A stretch of 64,000 nucleotides of DNA from Gammaproteobacteria bacterium (lineage in GTDB: Bacteria > Cyanobacteriota > Vampirovibrionia > Vampirovibrionales > JAJTHC01). A program made the translations under genes and the position numbers. Each line of letters starts with the position of its first letter. The first letter of the stretch is position 1. Below are positions 50,996-59,947 of this stretch, piece after piece. Location of the stretch: assembly GCA_040375445.1 (NCBI GenBank), contig JBEISK010000003.1, positions 2,216 to 66,215 on the forward strand. Direction: 5' to 3'. The notes below the pieces were generated by a model. It was not told the origin of the DNA, made no database searches, and worked only from the letters and a program-made list of their open reading frames with translations.

Positions 50996-51069
50996 CACCC
51001 CGAACAAGATTCGAACTTGTGACCGTCCGCTTAGAAGGCGGATGCTCTATCCAGCTGAGCTATCGAGGC
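50996..51069 (-). tRNA. tRNA-Arg (anticodon TCT)
   Basis: Manual fold of the minus-strand sequence GCCTCGATAGCTCAGCTGGATAGAGCATCCGCCTTCTAAGCGGACGGTCACAAGTTCGAATCTTGTTCGGGGTG. It has a D-arm GCTC/GAGC, an anticodon stem TCCGC/GCGGA with loop CTTCTAA, a T-arm ACAAG-TTCGAATC-CTTGT and a 7-bp acceptor stem with two G-U pairs. CCA is not encoded. Confidence 0.8.
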
Positions 51070-51113
51070 ATTTCTTCAAACTATATGCTAACACAAAAAT
51101 ATAAATGTAGCCT

Positions 51114-52271
51114 TTAGAAATCTGAAAAATCATCTTTTTTCAAAGGGGTTTTCACTAAGTTCAGTCGTTTTTTAACAGGGCTTAAAAAGAATAAACGCTT
51201 GGTACTGGCGACAATCACCGCTAAAGGTAAAATGAATAAAACCCCCCACAAGCCTGCGACATCCACACTGATTAACAAAATAAACATGAGAATCAGCGGA
51301 TGCACATAGTAGCGTCTGTCAAATAAACGAGGGCTTAAAAGTTTAGCCCGTAATATGTGAAACGCCCCTGCAATCAAGCCCAAAATAAGCAGTTTCGTTA
51401 GTGCTAGTTGTGCCATGAGAATCAAGGCAGGCAATAATAAGCCTAACCAAGGCCCTAGAACAGGAATAAAACAGAGGATGGCGTAAATAAAAGCGAGCAA
51501 TCCTGCATAACTTAGCCCCAAGCTTTGAAAGACGACGTACATAAACACACCAGACACCAGTGCAATCACGGCATAGGCTTTTACGGTGCGAAACATCAAC
51601 ACTTGGCTGAGTACGACCCCACGAGCCAATCGGTTATTGCGACTATTCGGTAAAAAGATGGTGACTAATTTGGTGATTTTGGCACCGTCTACCAGCAGAT
51701 AAAGCGAAATCAATTGCCCCATTAAAATGTAGAAGAACGGTGTAATACTTTTGGAACCTAAGGTATATAAGCCCCCGACTAAATGGCTTTTTAACAAATG
51801 GAGTTGATCCGTAATGACATGCGGAAGCGTGAAGTCTAAGTCTTTCTGAAGCTGCCATAAGAGGCCTTCCACACGATGAAAGGCTTTTGGAATGAAGTGC
51901 TGTAATTCGTTCAATTGAATGCTTAAAGAAGGTAAAATAGTGACAACAAACACAAAGAAAAAGAAGATAATACAGGCATACGCAATAACCACGCTAACAT
52001 GCCGAGATACTTTGAATGTGGGCTTTTTTAAAATTTGGCAAATAGCTTTAATGGCAATATTAAGTAGGGCATCGACAAATAAAACCCAGCATAAAATAAT
52101 AAAGGTGAAGTTATAGGCTCCCACCAGCATCATAATCTCATTAAAAAGCAATTGAATGAGGTGGAAGCCTCCAATGAGTAGTATGAAGCTTCCTAAAATG
52201 CCTAAGTTTACTTTGAGCCATCGGTAAGAGGGCGGTATGGATGAAGGTTTGACAGATATAGAAGGGGGCAT
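51114..52271 (-). CDS. AI-2E family (PerM/UPF0118) membrane transporter
   Basis: 385 aa with about 8 TM helices and an AI-2E-like layout. Paralogous to the next gene. Confidence 0.65.
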   Translation of the reverse strand: MPPSISVKPSSIPPSYRWLKVNLGILGSFILLIGGFHLIQLLFNEIMMLVGAYNFTFIILCWVLFVDALLNIAIKAICQILKKPTFKVSRHVSVVIAYACIIFFFFVFVVTILPSLSIQLNELQHFIPKAFHRVEGLLWQLQKDLDFTLPHVITDQLHLLKSHLVGGLYTLGSKSITPFFYILMGQLISLYLLVDGAKITKLVTIFLPNSRNNRLARGVVLSQVLMFRTVKAYAVIALVSGVFMYVVFQSLGLSYAGLLAFIYAILCFIPVLGPWLGLLLPALILMAQLALTKLLILGLIAGAFHILRAKLLSPRLFDRRYYVHPLILMFILLISVDVAGLWGVLFILPLAVIVASTKRLFFLSPVKKRLNLVKTPLKKDDFSDF

Positions 52272-52280
52272 AAGGGTTTC

Positions 52281-53522
52281 TCAATAGGTCGAGGTTTTTG
52301 TAGGAGTAAGGACGTCGGGTTCGTGATCGTTGAATTGAAAGGTTTTAAATCGTTTCAACGTGACTAGTGTAATCGCGGCGAAGGGAATGGCAAGCAAAAT
52401 GCCCAAGACGCCTCCAAGCTTTCCACAAATAATGAGGGAAACAATGATAAAAACGGGGTGCATGCCTAGAGTATTACCAAACAATTGCGGTTGAATGATA
52501 TTGTCTTTCAAGGTTTGCCACAGGTAACTACTGGCAAATACGCCGAACAAGGTGGCAAAATCGCCTGTTAACGCAATCATGAGTAAAGCGGGGGTAAAAC
52601 CAATATAGGTTCCCACCACAGGGAGGATCTCGGCAATGGCAAAAATACTGGCAAGGAGCAAGGCATAATTCACGCCAAACACACTGTAAATCAAAAACAT
52701 GTAAAGCCCTGTGAGCAAACCCAAGAAGACTTGTCCTTGAACAAAGGCAAGCATAATTTTGTGTAAGTCATCGACAAAGTTATGGACGTGTTGACGCAAG
52801 CTTAGCGGTAAATGGGTGTACATGCCACTTATGGTGCTTTGTCCTTCTAGTAAAGCGTAAAAGACGTATACAATCAGCAGCACCGTCCATAAAATGCGGG
52901 TTAAGCCCACACTTAAAAACACGTTGCCTTCGCCCACGCTGAGTTGAAACCATGAGGCAATGGATTGCATTACCGCAGGGGGGACACGCCACGTCATGGG
53001 GTGAAGGGCATCGTACGATTCAATAAAGGGGAGTCCCTTAATGATGGGAATTAAAGAGGGGTATTGATGTCCGATGGTATCGAGCTTCAATTTAAGCCCA
53101 ATGGTCATTTGCGTCAACGCATAAGGAAAGTCTTTTAAAAAGGCGAGGGTTTCTAATTTTAAGGTCGGCACGACTTGTGTAAGCACGATTGAAATTATGT
53201 AAAGTCCGATAAAATAAACCGTCGAAAGTACAATAAGCCGTAAGAGTTTTTTACGTTCCCCGAAAGAAGAAGGACGTTTCCATAACGCCATTTCAATTAC
53301 TTCAAAGAGTTTGAGTAAACCCTTTTCAAGCCACAGTACAGGGGCAAGTAAGAGGTAAACAAAGACGGTGCCTACCACCAATAGAGAAACAGTTAAGGGG
53401 AGCAACCCCGCTATGTAGCCGAGAGCGTAGATGTTGAGAAAGAATAAGACGCTGACCCATAGACGGGTGGTGTAACGGTCTAAATCGGGTATGGACGTGA
53501 CACGAAAGCTTTGCGTGAACAC
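52281..53522 (-). CDS. AI-2E family (PerM/UPF0118) membrane transporter
   Basis: 413 aa. The C-terminal conserved block LLASIFAIAEILPVVGTYIGFTPALLMIAL...NIIQPQLFGNTLGMHPVFIIVSLI is typical of AI-2E transporters. Confidence 0.75.
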   Translation of the reverse strand: MFTQSFRVTSIPDLDRYTTRLWVSVLFFLNIYALGYIAGLLPLTVSLLVVGTVFVYLLLAPVLWLEKGLLKLFEVIEMALWKRPSSFGERKKLLRLIVLSTVYFIGLYIISIVLTQVVPTLKLETLAFLKDFPYALTQMTIGLKLKLDTIGHQYPSLIPIIKGLPFIESYDALHPMTWRVPPAVMQSIASWFQLSVGEGNVFLSVGLTRILWTVLLIVYVFYALLEGQSTISGMYTHLPLSLRQHVHNFVDDLHKIMLAFVQGQVFLGLLTGLYMFLIYSVFGVNYALLLASIFAIAEILPVVGTYIGFTPALLMIALTGDFATLFGVFASSYLWQTLKDNIIQPQLFGNTLGMHPVFIIVSLIICGKLGGVLGILLAIPFAAITLVTLKRFKTFQFNDHEPDVLTPTKTSTY

Positions 53523-53525
53523 GAC

Positions 53526-53969
53526 TTATCCCTTTGATGCTTCGGTTTTAATAGGCGATTGAGCAGGCGACGCTTTTTCTGTGGAGGCTTGAGCTGTTGG
53601 GGTAGGAGAATCCAGCCAATCGTCCAACGCTGTGGTTGCCCATTTTTTGAGCCGGCAAAGTCCTGAAAGCCCCCATGACTTGGCTTGATTTAAGGCAGAA
53701 GCCCCTTTTCCCACGGTTCGCTGAATGAGATCCACCCCTGAATCCACTTGTTCCACCAAACGAGCCGTATGGCTGGTAATGGCTCGCAAATCTTGAATTA
53801 AAGGCACTAAATCAAAGCGGGCAATGTTGACAAAGTCTAAGGCGTGTTGCAATAAGAACACGGACTTGTACAACAAAAGAGCCAACAAGACGCCTACAGG
53901 AACAAGCAATAACGTAAGGAGTTCGATCATTTTGGCGAGCTGAACGTCAGCTAAAGAATTGGCGAACAT
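53526..53969 (-). CDS. DUF948-like membrane-anchored coiled-coil protein
   Basis: N-terminal TM plus helical region, 147 aa. Confidence 0.4.
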   Translation of the reverse strand: MFANSLADVQLAKMIELLTLLLVPVGVLLALLLYKSVFLLQHALDFVNIARFDLVPLIQDLRAITSHTARLVEQVDSGVDLIQRTVGKGASALNQAKSWGLSGLCRLKKWATTALDDWLDSPTPTAQASTEKASPAQSPIKTEASKG

Positions 53970-54014
53970 GGTTTTCTCTCTCTATGACGGTTTAAACTTG
54001 CAACGAAGAAACGA

Positions 54015-54404
54015 CTAAATGGCTTCACTTTCTTGCGTATGCTGGGCGGCATCTTCCGTGTCGAGATCGTCATCATTCCATGACTCATCTTCACGAGACT
54101 TGGCTTCGTTGATCTTTTTAGCGTCTTGGCTGGCTAGCCATTTGTTCCAACGCTTTTCAAGGGAATAACGTTTTTCATCCAAAAATTGGCGAGCCTTGCT
54201 ATAAGGGTTTTCCACTTCTTCTTTCAAGTGTTCGACACCTTCTTTGAGGTCTTCATTGGTGTCGTCTACCCATTTTTTGGCCAAACGACGGTTTTCCGTA
54301 CCGCTATGGGGGCTGTAAAGCAAGCTTAGTAAGGCGCCTGTCAAGGCACCGACGAGCAGTCCTGCTAAAAAGTTTTGTAAGGAATTGTCTTGAGATTTGG
54401 ACAT
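54015..54404 (-). CDS. YtxH-like small membrane-anchored protein
   Basis: N-terminal GxxxG TM (FLAGLLVGALTGALLSLLY) and a charged helical tail, 129 aa. Confidence 0.45.
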   Translation of the reverse strand: MSKSQDNSLQNFLAGLLVGALTGALLSLLYSPHSGTENRRLAKKWVDDTNEDLKEGVEHLKEEVENPYSKARQFLDEKRYSLEKRWNKWLASQDAKKINEAKSREDESWNDDDLDTEDAAQHTQESEAI

Positions 54405-54574
54405 GGTAAGGTGTCTCCTTTTTCTTTAAAGTGGAAGTCTACTTAACAGTTTAGTGCTTTTAGCGGATTTTTGCAAACGTTTTTATAAAATATAAACATT
54501 TCAAGGGGCACCTTATTTTATAGAAAGTAAGAAAATGGTGTACAATAGTTCTAATAAAGAAGGAAAATTGATGT

Positions 54575-55588
54575 ATGCCCTTGTTTCAAGCTGATGTTCT
54601 GCCTCCTGCGGTGGACTACCCTGAAATCACACCCTATAAAACCTATCGCCTGCCTGTGTCGAACTTACACACGCTTTATGTCGAAGAAAGTGGCAATCCC
54701 AACGGTGTGCCTGTCTTATTCTTACACGGCGGCCCCGGTTCAGGCTGCAGCGAAAAGCACCGCAGGCTCTTTGATCCCACGCTATTTCGCATCATCATCC
54801 ATGACCAACGTGGGGCAGGACGCTCTACCCCTCATGCCAGTTTGCAAGAAAACACCACATGGCATTTGGTGTCTGATATTAACGCCATTCGTGAGCATTT
54901 GGGCATCGAGCAATGGGTCGTCTTTGGCGGATCGTGGGGATCGACCCTTGCTTTGGCGTATGCCCAAAGCTTTCCGCAACATTGCTTGAGCTTGGTCTTA
55001 CGAGGCATCTTTTTAGGCACGGCGGATGAAGTCAAGTGGTTGTATCAAGAAGGGGCAAACGCCCTGTCGCCTCATTTGTGGCATGATTTTGAAGATATTA
55101 TTCCTCCTGAAGAACGCCACGACATGGTGGGGGCGTATTATAAGCGATTGACAGGCGTCAACAAAACTCAGCGCCTCGATGCCTGTAAACGCTGGGCAAG
55201 GTGGGAAATAAGTAATTGCACCTTACAAGTGGATGACGCCTTTTGCAAGCAGTTTGAAGCGGACGATCACGCCATTTCATTGGCTCGTATTGAATGTCAT
55301 TACTTTATGAACAACTGCTTCTTTGATGCTAAAAACGAGCTTTTGAATCCCCAACGGCTCGATGCGATTCGGCACATTCCCCTAAGCATCGTACATGGAC
55401 GCTATGACTTGGTTTGTCCGCTTAAAAATGCGTGGATCTTGTATGAAGCCTTGCCTCATGCGGATTTTTACTTAGCTCCTGAAGCAGGGCATGCCAGTTC
55501 TGAAAAGGGTTTGCGAGATGCCTTGCATTATGTGGTGCATCGTTATGGGGAAGCGGTGCATGATCAAAAAGCCATTCAAGCAGGCTAA
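54575..55588 (+). CDS. pip: proline iminopeptidase (prolyl aminopeptidase, S33)
   Basis: Oxyanion-hole motif HGGPGSG, nucleophile elbow GGSWGSTLAL, and the overall 320-aa alpha/beta hydrolase layout of Pip. Confidence 0.85.
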   Translation: MPLFQADVLPPAVDYPEITPYKTYRLPVSNLHTLYVEESGNPNGVPVLFLHGGPGSGCSEKHRRLFDPTLFRIIIHDQRGAGRSTPHASLQENTTWHLVSDINAIREHLGIEQWVVFGGSWGSTLALAYAQSFPQHCLSLVLRGIFLGTADEVKWLYQEGANALSPHLWHDFEDIIPPEERHDMVGAYYKRLTGVNKTQRLDACKRWARWEISNCTLQVDDAFCKQFEADDHAISLARIECHYFMNNCFFDAKNELLNPQRLDAIRHIPLSIVHGRYDLVCPLKNAWILYEALPHADFYLAPEAGHASSEKGLRDALHYVVHRYGEAVHDQKAIQAG

Positions 55589-55603
55589 AAGGACGTTCCC
55601 GAG

Positions 55604-56548
55604 ATGATGAATGCTCGAGCCAGCACCCATTTTTCGACATGGTTTTTGCGTCGTCTGATTGAAGGCACGGTGACCTTGTTTTTTGTGTTGCTTTTGACGT
55701 TTTTCTTGCTCCGCTTGATGCCGGGGAATCCCTTTGATGGGGATAAAGGCTTGTCTCCCTTGGTGAAACAAGCCTTAGAAGCACGTTTTCACTTGAATGA
55801 ACCGATGTGGATGCAGTTTTGGCTTTACCTGAAAGGCTTATTTCACGGCGATTTAGGGCCTTCACTCACCCAAGAAGGTCGCTTGGTGGGGGATATGCTC
55901 AAGGAATCCTTGCCAACCTCTTTTGGTTTGGGCTTTTTCGCTCTCGCTTTGGGCGTGCCTTTAGGCGTAGCTACGGCGGTGTGGGGCAATGAAACGCCGT
56001 CTAAAAACGTCATTGGTGCCTTGGATTCCATTGCCTCTTTATTTTTAGCCTCACCGAGCTTTTTGGTGGCAGGCGTCTTGATTTTGAGCTTTAGCGTCGG
56101 CTTAGGATGGCTCCCTGCCGCCACGCTCACCACGCCCTTGCACTGGATCTTGCCTGTGGCGACCCTTGCCATTGTGCCGTATACCTTCACCTATCTCTTG
56201 CTTAAACAGTCCCTTGCCGATGAATCGTCTGCCTTGTACTTGCAAATGAAGTACGCCGCAGGGATTCCTCATGCTCAAGTGCTAATACGTCACTTGTTGC
56301 GGAATGCGTGGTTGCCTTTGTTGTCCCTTGCTGGCCCTCTTGTCGCCAACGTGATGACAGGGTCGTTTGCCATTGAAGTCTTGTATGCCATACCAGGATT
56401 GGGACGTCAATTCGTGTCTGCCATTATCAACCGTGATTACACCGTTGTGATGGGGTCCACCTTGCTTTATGCGACTTTATTGCTTGTGATGAACCTACTT
56501 GCGGATATGTGCATCGTGGGGCTAGACCCCCGCCGTCGGGAGGCTTAG
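55604..56548 (+). CDS. ABC transporter permease (DppB/OppB family)
   Basis: 314 aa, six TM helices, an N-terminal TM followed by a long periplasmic loop, and the conserved permease EAA region. Confidence 0.8.
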   Translation: MMNARASTHFSTWFLRRLIEGTVTLFFVLLLTFFLLRLMPGNPFDGDKGLSPLVKQALEARFHLNEPMWMQFWLYLKGLFHGDLGPSLTQEGRLVGDMLKESLPTSFGLGFFALALGVPLGVATAVWGNETPSKNVIGALDSIASLFLASPSFLVAGVLILSFSVGLGWLPAATLTTPLHWILPVATLAIVPYTFTYLLLKQSLADESSALYLQMKYAAGIPHAQVLIRHLLRNAWLPLLSLAGPLVANVMTGSFAIEVLYAIPGLGRQFVSAIINRDYTVVMGSTLLYATLLLVMNLLADMCIVGLDPRRREA

Positions 56549-56549
56549 C

Positions 56550-57401
56550 ATGACTCGAAAATCGCCTCCTATTTCCGTGAGCTTATACATCGCTTATGTC
56601 ATTTTGGGGTTGACGCTCGCTTTAATGTGCGTCGCCTTTTTCAGAGACGCCACCACCATTCATCGCTTTGACGCAGGCATTCTGCCCTTCAAAACGTGGG
56701 TGTATCCCCTCGGCACCGATGACTTGGGGCGTGATTTACTGGCTCGTCTTTCCGTCGGTACGCAAATCTCGATGACCGTGGGCATCGCTACGGCTTTAGT
56801 CGCTTCCGCCTTTGGCAGTGCTTACGGCTTGCTCGCTGGGATGCTCGCAGGTCGCTTCGGCGATGCCCTGATGCGTGTGGTAGATATTCTTTACAGCTTA
56901 CCAGGACTTATGGTTGTGGTTTTATTAAGCGTCTTTTTAGAGCCGTTGTTATTAAACGTGGTTCCGCCTAGCTTGGCTCCTGTGGCGAAATTGAGCAGTT
57001 TGGTGATGGCATTGTCTTTCTTTAGCTGGCCTGAATCGGCTAGGCTGATTCGGGGGCAGGTTTTGGCGTTGAAGGAACAGGATTTTGTCGCCGCCTTTTA
57101 TACGCTGGGTGGGGGGTTGCGTCGTTTGATTGTGGTGCATTTTTTGCCGAATCTGGTGCCGTATGTCATGATTAGCATTATGGTGGCGGTGCCTCGTGCG
57201 ATATTGACGGAATCGACGTTAAGTTTTATCGGGCTGGGCATGGAAGCCCCCTTGAGCAGTTGGGGGACTTTGGCGTATGAAGGCTGGTTTCTTATACGAG
57301 TACAGCCTCATGTGGTGTTAGAAGCGTCGTTGGCGATTGCCTTAAGCATGTGGTCGATGAATACGCTCATCCGCCACCTAAAGGCTCGTTGGGCGGTATA
57401 G
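56550..57401 (+). CDS. ABC transporter permease (DppC/OppC family)
   Basis: 283 aa, six TM helices, an EAA-like loop (ARLIRGQVLALKEQDFVAAFYTLGGG), and translationally coupled to the upstream permease. Confidence 0.8.
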   Translation: MTRKSPPISVSLYIAYVILGLTLALMCVAFFRDATTIHRFDAGILPFKTWVYPLGTDDLGRDLLARLSVGTQISMTVGIATALVASAFGSAYGLLAGMLAGRFGDALMRVVDILYSLPGLMVVVLLSVFLEPLLLNVVPPSLAPVAKLSSLVMALSFFSWPESARLIRGQVLALKEQDFVAAFYTLGGGLRRLIVVHFLPNLVPYVMISIMVAVPRAILTESTLSFIGLGMEAPLSSWGTLAYEGWFLIRVQPHVVLEASLAIALSMWSMNTLIRHLKARWAV

Positions 57402-57446
57402 GTTAGTTCTATGCTAGAATAAGGCATAGAAGAGGAGTTTCTATAA

Positions 57447-58313
57447 ATGTTTGGAATCAATGGGATTAACGTCGAAAATAACTTAGAAGTAAACAATACG
57501 AATCAGTTTACAGGTATTGAAGGGAATCTTAATCCTGCAATCAAAATCTTTAATGACGGACTTTTATATTTGGGAAATAATTTAGGGAAGCCTCTTGTAG
57601 ATGTAATGGATTGTCTATTGAAAGCTTGGATAATTGAACAATGTCATACGAAACCTTATTTTTCTATGGCGTGTGAAACGAAATTATTCCCCCTCTTGAA
57701 AAATGATGTCGTTCCTAAGCTTTTTGAGATCCCTGAAGAGCATAGAATATCCCCTAATATACGAATTGCTAAAGGTGTATTTGAAAACGTTATTGATTTA
57801 GAAGCACATGAAACGACCTTGCAAGAAATGTTTGCCAACTTGCTCGCTGGCAGTATGGACAACCGTAAAAGCGAAGGGGTTCATCCGTCGTATGCCAAGC
57901 TGATTTCTGAACTATCAGAAGAGGATGCTCGGTTTTTAAAAATATTAAATCAAGAGCGGATGGTTTTGTTCTTAATTGTTTATGATCTAAACGAGAATAA
58001 AAGTCATTATGTTTATAAGGATACCCTCAATTATAGTAATGTAGATAATCTTGGTGTAATTTTCGATACTGTAATACATCAAGGTCTTGTTTCTCAAAAC
58101 AGCATTTATCCAAAAAAGAATTATTCTATAGATATATTAAATGATGCGGTTAAGTGGTTTAATGAAACAGAGCCGTCGACTTTAAATGCTTTAAATATAG
58201 TTGATCGTAAAAATGTCAGCATAAATCGTTACTTAATGGAACTTAGCATGAAAGGTCAACACTTCATGCGAGCCGTCACGTTAAAGGAGTCCCCCACCGA
58301 TGAAAAATCGTGA
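57447..58313 (+). CDS. hypothetical protein, strongly AT-rich (about 33-35% GC against about 50% flanks); candidate horizontally acquired gene (possible Abi-like)
   Basis: Clean 288-aa ORF with SD AGAGGAG. The composition shift is seen directly. No confident domain; it loosely resembles uncharacterised Abi-alpha/DUF4393-type proteins (hypothesis only). Confidence 0.45.
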   Translation: MFGINGINVENNLEVNNTNQFTGIEGNLNPAIKIFNDGLLYLGNNLGKPLVDVMDCLLKAWIIEQCHTKPYFSMACETKLFPLLKNDVVPKLFEIPEEHRISPNIRIAKGVFENVIDLEAHETTLQEMFANLLAGSMDNRKSEGVHPSYAKLISELSEEDARFLKILNQERMVLFLIVYDLNENKSHYVYKDTLNYSNVDNLGVIFDTVIHQGLVSQNSIYPKKNYSIDILNDAVKWFNETEPSTLNALNIVDRKNVSINRYLMELSMKGQHFMRAVTLKESPTDEKS

Positions 58314-58366
58314 AGCAATTTTGAGCCTCCTTCGACAAGTCCAACCACATTTTGGGGTTTTTTAAT

Positions 58367-59434
58367 TTAATCGTTTAAATGGTATAAAAAGGGATTTAAC
58401 GCCCCCAGCGTTTCACTGTCTAAATGTAGAGGGGCCTCCCAAAATGCTTGCCATTCTTGGGTAGAAAGCCGTTGTACAACAGGCTTAGTATAGGGCGAGT
58501 AAGGTTTAATGAAATACGCCAAGGCTTCTGCTGCGAAGACCTTAGACCCCGTCCCCAAACCTTCAATCGGGAATAGCATCCAAGACGCCAAGGCCTCTAG
58601 CCCACAATCACAAGAGGTATCGTAAGCGTTTATCACCGCTTCAGGTAAAGCGATACGTACCATGGGTAAGCCTGTTGAGGCATCCACTTCAAGAGGTAAA
58701 TAATGGTGAATAAAGTCGTTTTGCTTGGCGTGAATGTCTTCAATACAGTTCTGTACATGTTTGGCGTGTTTTAGTAAGTGTGCTTCGACGCGGGCATCAA
58801 AAATTGCATCGTGGGCTTTTACGGAACGAATATCACCTTCGGTCAAGGCCAGCAACGCATTTAAAAAATCAGACGAAGGCAAGGTCATGGCTTGTGCGTA
58901 AACGATTTCAGATGTTGGGGCTTGCCCTGTTTTATTTTCACGTATGATCCAGCGTCCGAAAACTTGATGATACCGCACCAATTGCACGACAATAAAGACG
59001 TCCAGCATCGAAAAGCCCCAGCGTCCCAAATAGCGTTTGATTTCTGCCGAAACCTTTAATGGATGCAGGGGGTCAGGGGAGAGTTCAAATCGTTGAAAGG
59101 CATAACCGCCTTGTTTACTTAAATCATGAAAAAAAGCGGCGAGCGTTGTTAAGCGTTGCCAATGAGGGGGAATGCTCTTAAACGCAGGGGTTTGGCGTGT
59201 TTTGGTGACGACTTTAGCGGTATGCACATCTAAAGTGAAGTCATGGGTTTGGTGTTGCGTGTTGGCTTGCCCTCGCATGCGTTGCCACTCAGGTACAAAA
59301 GCTTCTAGTAAGCCCACGTCACTGGCTTGTAAAAAATGACCTTCTTCGTTGGTTTCAATGGCTTCAAAAAAAGCGGTGCTTTCGATCGTTTGAGGCGTTT
59401 CTATCCTTTGCCATAATGACATCATATGTTTCAC
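58367..59434 (-). CDS. HD-domain phosphohydrolase-family protein (hypothetical)
   Basis: H...HD motif pair (HDFTLDVHTAKVV ... LAAFFHDLSKQGG) with a further conserved Asp downstream. The C-terminal 200 aa is unrecognised. Confidence 0.5.
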   Translation of the reverse strand: MKHMMSLWQRIETPQTIESTAFFEAIETNEEGHFLQASDVGLLEAFVPEWQRMRGQANTQHQTHDFTLDVHTAKVVTKTRQTPAFKSIPPHWQRLTTLAAFFHDLSKQGGYAFQRFELSPDPLHPLKVSAEIKRYLGRWGFSMLDVFIVVQLVRYHQVFGRWIIRENKTGQAPTSEIVYAQAMTLPSSDFLNALLALTEGDIRSVKAHDAIFDARVEAHLLKHAKHVQNCIEDIHAKQNDFIHHYLPLEVDASTGLPMVRIALPEAVINAYDTSCDCGLEALASWMLFPIEGLGTGSKVFAAEALAYFIKPYSPYTKPVVQRLSTQEWQAFWEAPLHLDSETLGALNPFLYHLND

Positions 59435-59506
59435 TTACCTCATTGTTGAATTATAGTGTATCATAGGATGATGAACTTTTGAAATCAAACAAAAAGGATT
59501 TTTTTT

Positions 59507-59947
59507 ATGAATGCTTCCACTAAAGAACCCTTAGGCAACAAACAAGACGGTGCCTTTTGGACATTATTGTATGGTTTGTTTTTCTTTGGTTCCTTTCAAA
59601 CCCTTTATTTCTTCCAGCACCAGCTGTTAACCAAACTTTATGAAGCCACTCCAAATCCTGACTCATTTGTCAAATACATATTAAGTTATTATGGGGTGGA
59701 ACATCCCTTTGCGTTTATGTTTGTAGCCATCAAATTACTTTCTGCCATTAGTATAACGCTTATTGTTATGGCGGCCTACAAAAGCTTACTTCAGTACTGG
59801 AAGTCACAACGTAATGCCCTTTCTCCAGAACAAGTGAAGTGGCAAATTGAAGATTTGAAAACTCAAATCGCTTTACTGCGAGATGAAAATCAACAGCTCA
59901 AATCCTACGCCGATACCTTGAAAGCTACTCTTGAAAAAATGAGCTAG
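59507..59947 (+). CDS. hypothetical membrane protein with C-terminal coiled coil
   Basis: 146 aa, two TM helices, then a heptad-repeat tail (QIEDLKTQIALLRDENQQLKSYADTLKATLEKM). Confidence 0.35.
   Translation: MNASTKEPLGNKQDGAFWTLLYGLFFFGSFQTLYFFQHQLLTKLYEATPNPDSFVKYILSYYGVEHPFAFMFVAIKLLSAISITLIVMAAYKSLLQYWKSQRNALSPEQVKWQIEDLKTQIALLRDENQQLKSYADTLKATLEKMS

Noticed and set aside
50207-51069. Integrated prophage or integrative element at tRNA-Arg
   Set aside because: No integrase, excisionase or phage structural genes are present. Only a small ORF and a MITE, so it is treated as a decayed islet rather than an intact element.
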